Part shown: in pieces, positions 57,726 through 64,000 of the stretch
Numbering within the stretch: position 1 is the stretch's first letter
How the letters are laid out: the number at the start of each line of letters is the position of its first letter
Origin: an uncultured Armatimonadetes bacterium
Lineage (GTDB): Bacteria > Armatimonadota > Hebobacteria > Hebobacterales > Hebobacteraceae
NCBI GenBank assembly: GCA_963716175.1
Contig: OY970296.1
Span: 352,001-416,000, forward strand
Reading direction: 5' to 3'
DNA length: 64,000 nt
Notes under the pieces: model-generated
Databases searched by the model: none
Seen by the model: only the letters and a program-made list of their open reading frames with translations
Told to the model about the DNA's origin: nothing
Translations under genes and position numbers: made by a program

Positions 57726-60007
57726 TAGGGCTTCTGTTCGTCGCTGGCTGCGGCCGCTCTCCGGTCGTGGAATCCGGCCCCGCTGTCACGCTGGCGGCGG
57801 GTCAGGCCTTTCACCTCACCGATCACTTCCGGGGCGGCCCGGCCCCGGACGGATTGCCGCGAAGCGCGGACGGCCGGTTGCGGGTAGTGCTGGGTGGCGC
57901 TCGCCGCCCCGTTCTCTGTGCGCCCGCGCCCTACCTGCTGCGACAGAAACTCTGGCTCCCGGCTGGGGCCATGCTTCGCACCGCCTTCGGAATGGGCCCC
58001 GGCAGCTGGCATAAGAGGGGGCCTGCCGTTCGTTTCACGGTCAGCCTGCGGCGGAATGGAGAGTCCACGCGGCTTCTCTCAGAGGAACTCAGCAGGTACC
58101 GCGGTGGCGACGCCCCGAACTGGACGCCGAGGACAATGGCATTGCCAGGTGGCGAAATCGAGCTGGAACTCGCCACCGAGGTGGTAGGCAACGCCGATTC
58201 GGTCCGCACCGAGGGCGCTGCCGGAGCGCACGCTCTCTGGGTGAACCCTACGGTGTGGGTGCCCGCGGCAGAACCGCGGCCCAATGTCGTGCTGGTGGTG
58301 GTTGACGATCTCCGCGCCGATCATCTCGGCTGCTATGGATACGGACGGGACACCAGCCCATTCCTTGACAGCCTGGCCTCAGGCGGCGCTCTCTTCCAGG
58401 AAGCTCACTCCCAGGCGACGGCCACGCTGCCCTCCCACCGAGGCCTTCTCACCTCGACCCACCAACTGCTGAGCGCGCTGCGTCACACTACCGAAGGCAA
58501 GACATCGCTCAGGCAGCCTTTGACCATGCCGATATCGCTCCAGGGGCAGCTCCGCAAGGCCGGCTACAAGACGCTCGGCTGCGTGGGTGGCGGCTACCTC
58601 GACCCGACCTTCGGCTTCGATGCCGACTTCGACTGGTACTGGTCGCCTGCTGATGTAGTGCGGTTGCCGGATCAGATATCCGCGGTCAAGCAGCGGTTAC
58701 AGAGCACGTCCCCGGAGCCGTTCTTCCTCTTCCTGCATACCTACGAAGTCCACCATTACCGCAAGGGTTGGGGCCACGGGCTGGGTCGGTTCGACCGCGG
58801 GTACGCGGGGCGGTTGACCGATACTCACCAGCTCACGGAAGCGCTGTATGAGGATCCCGCAGGTCTTTCCGCGGCCGACCTGCAGTACCTGCGCGACTTG
58901 TACGATGGCGAGATCCGCTGCACTGACGAGCAGTTGCAGTCCTTCCTTGGCTGGCTCCTGAAGCAGCCGTGGGCGCAGCACACGATCATCGTCATCACCG
59001 CCGACCACGGCGAGGCGTTCGGTGAGCACGGGGAGATGAGGCACGGCGGCGCGCCTTACCGGGAAGTGGTTCGCGTGCCACTGATCCTCTATCGGTCCGA
59101 CGGCCGCTGGCGAGGTTCGCACATAGACCAACCCGTTTCGTTAGTGGATCTGGCGCCCACGCTGCTGGAGTTGGCCGGCCTCTCACCACCATCAGAGATG
59201 GTCGGGGGCACGCTGGCGCCGCTGCTCGATGGCCAGCAGAGTCGGAGCCGGCCCATCTTCTGCGCCAGCCGGCCCGCAGTGATGGCGCGACATGGCCCCC
59301 TGTGGTATTTGAGCTGGCGCCGCGAGCGGCCGGAGGAACTCTACGACATCGCCCGGGACCCGGGGCAGCAGCACAACATCGCCGCCTCGTCTCCTCGCGA
59401 CCTGAGCAGAATGCGCAGCGTGCTGGCGACTCTCACCATGCAGGCTGCGAGTGGATATCGCCTCGTCGCTGCTGGGCCGCGGCAGGGCACGCTTACCATC
59501 GAGATGGAGTCATCTTCCGTGTTCAGCTACTGCGACGTGCCCACACTGCGGAGACGAGATGCGATCGAGATTCAGCCGGCAACCTTGGGAGAAGGACGAG
59601 AAGGCGGCGCCCCTGCCGGACAGCGCATACGAGTCCGACTGGCAGCGGGCGACGAGCCCCATGTGATTCTGTTCGAGCCGGCCAATCGGCAGGCGACGAT
59701 CTCGGTGACCGCGCGGCTAGGGCCTACACCGGTCGAGGCCACGCGCTTCCATCTCGGGAAGAGTGGTGCCTGCCCTGCGGCATCCCCGCTCGTCATTGGG
59801 TCCGCCGCCAGAGTCGCGCTGGCTTCAGACCGGCCGCCTGTTCCATCCAGCCCTGAGACCTGGGGCCTGTGGCTGTGGCTGCCGGCCGCCGCAGCCGAGG
59901 CCGAAGGGCCTGCCCTGAGCGAGGCCGAAGGGTCGCGGGGGCTCACACCAGAGAAACTGCCGGAGAGTGTGGAGAAGCAGCTCAGATCGCTGGGCTACCT
60001 GCGTTAG
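57695..60007 (+). CDS. Sulfatase-like lipoprotein with extra beta-sandwich domains
   Basis: Lipobox LFVAGC; PNVVLVVVDDLRADH, ATLPSH, HTYEVH, TADHGEAFGEHG and LRSLGYL. Start uncertain, possibly CTG 57695. Confidence 0.82.
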   Translation: MREGLAKAALIGLLFVAGCGRSPVVESGPAVTLAAGQAFHLTDHFRGGPAPDGLPRSADGRLRVVLGGARRPVLCAPAPYLLRQKLWLPAGAMLRTAFGMGPGSWHKRGPAVRFTVSLRRNGESTRLLSEELSRYRGGDAPNWTPRTMALPGGEIELELATEVVGNADSVRTEGAAGAHALWVNPTVWVPAAEPRPNVVLVVVDDLRADHLGCYGYGRDTSPFLDSLASGGALFQEAHSQATATLPSHRGLLTSTHQLLSALRHTTEGKTSLRQPLTMPISLQGQLRKAGYKTLGCVGGGYLDPTFGFDADFDWYWSPADVVRLPDQISAVKQRLQSTSPEPFFLFLHTYEVHHYRKGWGHGLGRFDRGYAGRLTDTHQLTEALYEDPAGLSAADLQYLRDLYDGEIRCTDEQLQSFLGWLLKQPWAQHTIIVITADHGEAFGEHGEMRHGGAPYREVVRVPLILYRSDGRWRGSHIDQPVSLVDLAPTLLELAGLSPPSEMVGGTLAPLLDGQQSRSRPIFCASRPAVMARHGPLWYLSWRRERPEELYDIARDPGQQHNIAASSPRDLSRMRSVLATLTMQAASGYRLVAAGPRQGTLTIEMESSSVFSYCDVPTLRRRDAIEIQPATLGEGREGGAPAGQRIRVRLAAGDEPHVILFEPANRQATISVTARLGPTPVEATRFHLGKSGACPAASPLVIGSAARVALASDRPPVPSSPETWGLWLWLPAAAAEAEGPALSEAEGSRGLTPEKLPESVEKQLRSLGYLR
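59896..59932 (+). repeat. In-frame 24-bp-period repeat resembling a cctgccctgagcga..cgaaggg REP-type unit
   Basis: cgaggccgaaggg-cctgccctgag-cgaggccgaaggg, encoding EAEGPALSEAEG. Confidence 0.5.
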
Positions 60008-60042
60008 CAAGGGATAGTGTTCTGGGCAGGCAGTCCGGTTGC

Positions 60043-60633
60043 TCAGGGGATGCAGCTCTCGACGGGCTCCGCCGCTTCCGTAACCCCCTCGGCGGGCTGC
60101 TGGTCTGCCTCCTCTGGGCCGCTAGCCTGAACCTCTCCGTGCCGCAGGGAACGCTGATAGGCCAGCGCCGTCTGCAACTCTGCCATGCTGACCAGTCCCA
60201 TGTCCAGCAGGATCCCACCGAGAAGCTGCTTACCCTCCCCTTGCGCGCGCTGTCGCTCCAGGGCCTTCTCCAGTTGGTCCTCTGTGATCAGCCCGTACTT
60301 GTACACGAGCAGCGCTCCCACCATAGGAATGGGCTGCTCCTGGACAGGAGAGACTTCGCCCCCTCCGGCCGCGCTTGCAGACTGCCCGCGCGCATACAGC
60401 GCGTATACTCCGGGCAGGCTCAAGGCAGCGCCGACAACGATGGCCAGCATTCCCACCAGCCATGACGGTCCACCGGAGTGGGCGCGAGCATGGGCGTAAA
60501 GCACCCCACCCTCAGCAACCAGGGCCAGGCCGACGACCAGTCGCAGCCACGTGACGATCAGCCAGGCCAAGCCCTTGCCGCACCCCCGAGGGGTGCCCCG
60601 AACTGCCTCTTGTCTGGAATCAGCTTCTGTCAT
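60043..60633 (-). CDS. Two-TM membrane protein with a tandem MshEN-like motif
   Basis: Two hydrophobic helices, then VGALLVYKYGLITEDQLEKALERQ...LLGGILLDMGLVSMAELQTALAYQ. Confidence 0.75.
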   Translation of the reverse strand: MTEADSRQEAVRGTPRGCGKGLAWLIVTWLRLVVGLALVAEGGVLYAHARAHSGGPSWLVGMLAIVVGAALSLPGVYALYARGQSASAAGGGEVSPVQEQPIPMVGALLVYKYGLITEDQLEKALERQRAQGEGKQLLGGILLDMGLVSMAELQTALAYQRSLRHGEVQASGPEEADQQPAEGVTEAAEPVESCIP

Positions 60634-60909
60634 GGTCGCTCTCCCGTTAGCACACCGCTGGCCCTGCCGTGGGCCAGAGCAGCGGCAACACCGGCCGGCG
60701 CACCGGCGCCAGCCGCGGCGGCAACCACCAAGACATGGTATTCCATACTCTGCGCCCCGTGTCGTGTACCAGGGGACATTTGCGGGAGGCCGGCGGCGAC
60801 AACCCTCGGCTCTGCTGTAGAGCGTCTCTAGGGGGTCCTGCAGGCTCCCGGGACCGCCCGCCGGGCGTGGCGGCGGGCAGAGGGAGGGTCCTGTCTTTGT
60901 CTCTTCCTC

Positions 60910-62414
60910 TTACCGGCTCCTTCCCCGAAGCAGGCGCCTCAGCCATAGGTACAGCCGGAGGGGCCAGCGCGAGTAGACGCGTCCCAGCTGCCGCGATAGC
61001 TGCTCGTTCCGCTGTGATAGCTCGAGCGTTCGCTGCGAGAGCTCCTCTACCCGGGTCCTCAGTTTCATGACATTGATGCCCAGCGCCCGCATGGCTTCGA
61101 TCTCGGCTTCCGTCGCGTACCGCCGGTCCCACCACATGGGCTGCACCGCCGGCGCGTCGGGCGGCAATCGGCGCCTGGCCGCCGGTATCATCAAGGCCTG
61201 GCGCAGGTGGGCCGAGTTCAGATAGTCTATCGGGGGAGCCGGGATATGCTGGCAGAAATGCAGCAGGCCGAGCTCGATGTTCAACATGTGGCACAGCAGG
61301 CGGCCCGGCTTGGGACGTTCCGCCGTGAACATGCTCCGCACCTGGTCGGCCTCGTGCGAAAACCCGGGCCACCGGCGCCGCACATCCGTAGGAAGCTCAC
61401 CCTCCAGAGAGCTAAGGCAGAGCCGCGGCACGCCCTGCCGCACCTCGAACTCGCGACCGCAGTGACGGCATCTCAGGCCAGGCCCGACCTCCTCCAGGCC
61501 GGCCACGCAGACCGGGCAGGCCAACCTCTCCCGCAGCACTGGGGCCAGTTCGTCCGGGCCCTGCGTCACTGGCTGGCCTGGCATGACCTTCTGGGACAAG
61601 ATCGCGTCCAGCAAGCGCGGGTCACCTGGTTCCGCGGCGTCCACCAGTGGAGCAGCGCCCTCCGCTTGATCACGAGGATACCGTGGTCAGCGGCCGTCGG
61701 CTCACCCACACGCGTCATCTCCAGCACGAGCCCCCGGATCTCGTCGGAGAGGGCCTCCTGACCCGTCAGGATGAGCTCGGCACAGCGCTCTGTAATCACT
61801 GCCTGACGCTCCCACGCCACTGAGTCGCCCAGCACCAACGCGGAATCCTCGGGCAGGAACCAGTTGACCTCAGCATGCGGCTGCTCCCTGTCCACGAGCA
61901 GCAAGTGGATCTCGCGCTGGCGGGGGAGGCTGCACACTTGCTCCGTACTGAAAACTGCGTAGCGCCTGGCGACGCGGGCGGCCTCGCACATGACCGCGAC
62001 CGGGTCCGATACGTGCTCCAGCACTTCGCAGCAGAGGACCACGTCGAAGGCCTCGTCCTGGTATGGCAGCAGGCGAGCGTCGCACATCACGGCCGGAAGG
62101 CCAAAGAACTCGCGTGCGCGGAGATCGGCCTCGAACGAGACATCCGAGGTGACGGCAGTGGCCGCCAGCAGCCGCCGAGCCAGATTCGCGTGATAGCCCT
62201 CTGCCCCCCCGACATCCAGGAGGGTATCGAATCGCATCTGGCTCAGGCGACGGAAGATGCTGTAGGTTCGCGCCAAGCGAACTGCGTGATTGGGTTCCGA
62301 ATGAGCACATCCGATGCCGTATATCGGCTCATGGGCGAAGTACCGGCCATCGGCGAGGCCGGCGCGGTACCGATGGTCGAGCCACCGCACGTTTTCCTGC
62401 GTACGCCTGTCCAT
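60910..62414 (-). CDS. SAM methyltransferase + Trm112-like Zn ribbon + coiled coil, frameshifted near 61662
   Basis: LDVGGAEG, LPYQDEAFDVV and EVLEHV in ORF 61566-62528; LACPVC..LRCRHC..GVP and a coiled coil in ORF 60910-61644. One added G (cgg-gag-ggc) joins them. Confidence 0.78.
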
Positions 62415-62581
62415 GTTGCAGACTTCCTGCTTGCGCCTATCCTCGACCACGCTCTCCGGCAGTGCGCGCTCGCCATCCTTTGCTGGGGGAGATCCTGGGA
62501 TAGCGGCGAAAAGGCATGCGCTTGGCACTTTCGGTGCGCGGCAAGGCGCGCGGAACAGCGTGCCTGCCGGGGGAAGGAGCG

Positions 62582-63479
62582 ATGATGCCTGCCGTCAAGA
62601 AGCTCACCGTGCGGGGCTACCTGCTTCACCTCACACACTATGACCCGCGCTGGTATCAGAGAAAGCCGCGGGAGAAGCCTTTCGATCTGGAGGTAGCTCT
62701 GGAGGTGGTTGACCTGCTGGGAGCCGAGGGCTTCAATGTCCTGGTGGTTGACTGCGCCGACGCCGTCCGGTACCAGTCCCACCCGGAGCTGGCTCGGCGG
62801 TACACTGTGCCCATGAAGCGGCTGGAGACCCTGGCCTCAGCAGCGCGCGAGCGCGGGCTCGACGTGGTCCCGAAGTTGAACTTCTCCCGCAGCGCCGGCG
62901 TCCACCATCACAATGACTGGACGTTGGGGCCCGGCGAAGCCTGGCATGCGCACTTCGATGACCAGCCCTACTGGAAGAAGACCTTCGAGGTCATTGACGA
63001 GCTCATTGGCGTCTGTCGTCCGAAGCGCTTCTTCCACGTCGGTATGGACGAGGATCACGACCGGTCCTACAGCCAGTACATCGAGGCCATCAAGACACTC
63101 CGCGCCGGGCTGAAGAAGCGGAAGCTGCGGACGCTGATCTGGAATGACACTGGGATCGAGTACGCCAGTGGGATGATCCACGCCGAGAAATCGCTGACCG
63201 CCGAGATGGCCATCCCCCGCGATATCGTGCAGGTGCTGTGGCGCTATGATGCGGTGCCGACCGCGTCCCTCCGGCGCCTGGGCAAGCAGGGATGCGAGCT
63301 GTGGGGCGCCCCCGGCTGGAGGCGGCCAGCGCAGGCCACCGCGTTCCGGGATGCCATCCTGCGCGTCGGGGGCAAGGGCCTGCTCGATGACGACGTGGAC
63401 GCCCTGCCGTCGGCCCAACCGCCGACGGCTGCTGGAAGGCATTCGCCTGCTGGGCCCCATCTACCGAGGGGAGGTCTGA
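62582..63479 (+). CDS. GH20-like TIM-barrel hexosaminidase, frameshifted near 63387
   Basis: AAGGAG SD; YQSHPEL, GLDVVPKLN, FFHVGMDE and IWND. The natural C-terminus GLL/MTTW...IYRGEV* is in ORF 63246-63479 after one extra base. Confidence 0.75.
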
Positions 63480-63970
63480 CGGCCCGGAGCTGCCGCCCCC
63501 GCAGCCGGCCGGGGCAGCGCACCGGTCCCATGTCGGCAGGGGGGCCCGGCGGCTTCCTCAGTGGGTTCGGGGCCGCCAATCTTCCTCGGCCGGGCGGCAG
63601 GTTTCGGGCCGCTCTCAGCGAAGTGCCAGCGCAGGGCAGTCTAGCCGAGTCCCATGCCGTGGCGCCTGGCTTGTGTCGAGGGGAAAGTCCTGTCGTGAGG
63701 CTGCTCAGGACTACTGGCTACCGGGTCGTTGGCGGGCCTTGCCAAGCAAGAGGTGGGCGAGGCATTGGCAGTGGGCCCACCAGACGGTGTCGTGACTGCT
63801 CCCAGGCCGCCTCGGGAGCAGTGGGTAGCTTTCGGCCGGAACGTGGCTTGCTCCCCCCACTCCCTGCAACATCCGCCAGTTCCCCCGCGTTGGGAGCCAC
63901 GCGCACACTCTGTCCATCTATAGGCGCGGCTTCGGGAACTCGGCGTTAGGCCGGTAAGGAGTGCACAGCG

Positions 63971-64000
63971 ATGGACGAAGATGCAGTGGTGGCTGCGATC
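63971..64000 (+). CDS. Possible start of a gene running off the window
   Basis: AAGGAG followed by ATG GAC GAA GAT GCA GTG GTG GCT GCG ATC. Confidence 0.3.
   Translation, partial: MDEDAVVAAI

Noticed and set aside
63388-63949. Long C-terminal tail of ORF 62516-63949
   Set aside because: Pro/Arg/Gly-rich read-through caused by the frameshift; the plausible C-terminus ends at 63479.

Overview
GC-rich, gene-dense bacterial DNA with no rRNA, tRNA, CRISPR array or transposase. The source is probably an anaerobic diderm such as an Armatimonadota member; this is inferred from an SLH-tethered outer-membrane porin, an SLH surface protein, a DUF1559/H-X9-DG prepilin and three DUF6785/DUF6784 membrane proteins. 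Most genes encode catabolic or accessory enzymes: glycosidases and lyases, sulfatase-like hydrolases, oxidoreductases, DegT aminotransferases, and UroD-like, MttB-like and QueG-like corrinoid/Fe-S proteins. Highlights: (1) a self-contained nitrogenase-like D-K-H-B operon (14169-18690) without nifEN, with all six P-cluster cysteines but a remodelled cofactor pocket; (2) a modA plus SLH-OprP-type porin operon; (3) two diverged copies of a ~160-bp promoter/structured RNA/terminator unit (18848 and 31508); (4) a multi-hairpin candidate RNA with complementary loops (41995-42114) beside a small histone-fold-like gene; (5) GTAG-type REP elements. Five genes carry single-base frameshifts, probably sequencing errors. 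All family calls come from motifs recognised by eye; no database search was run.
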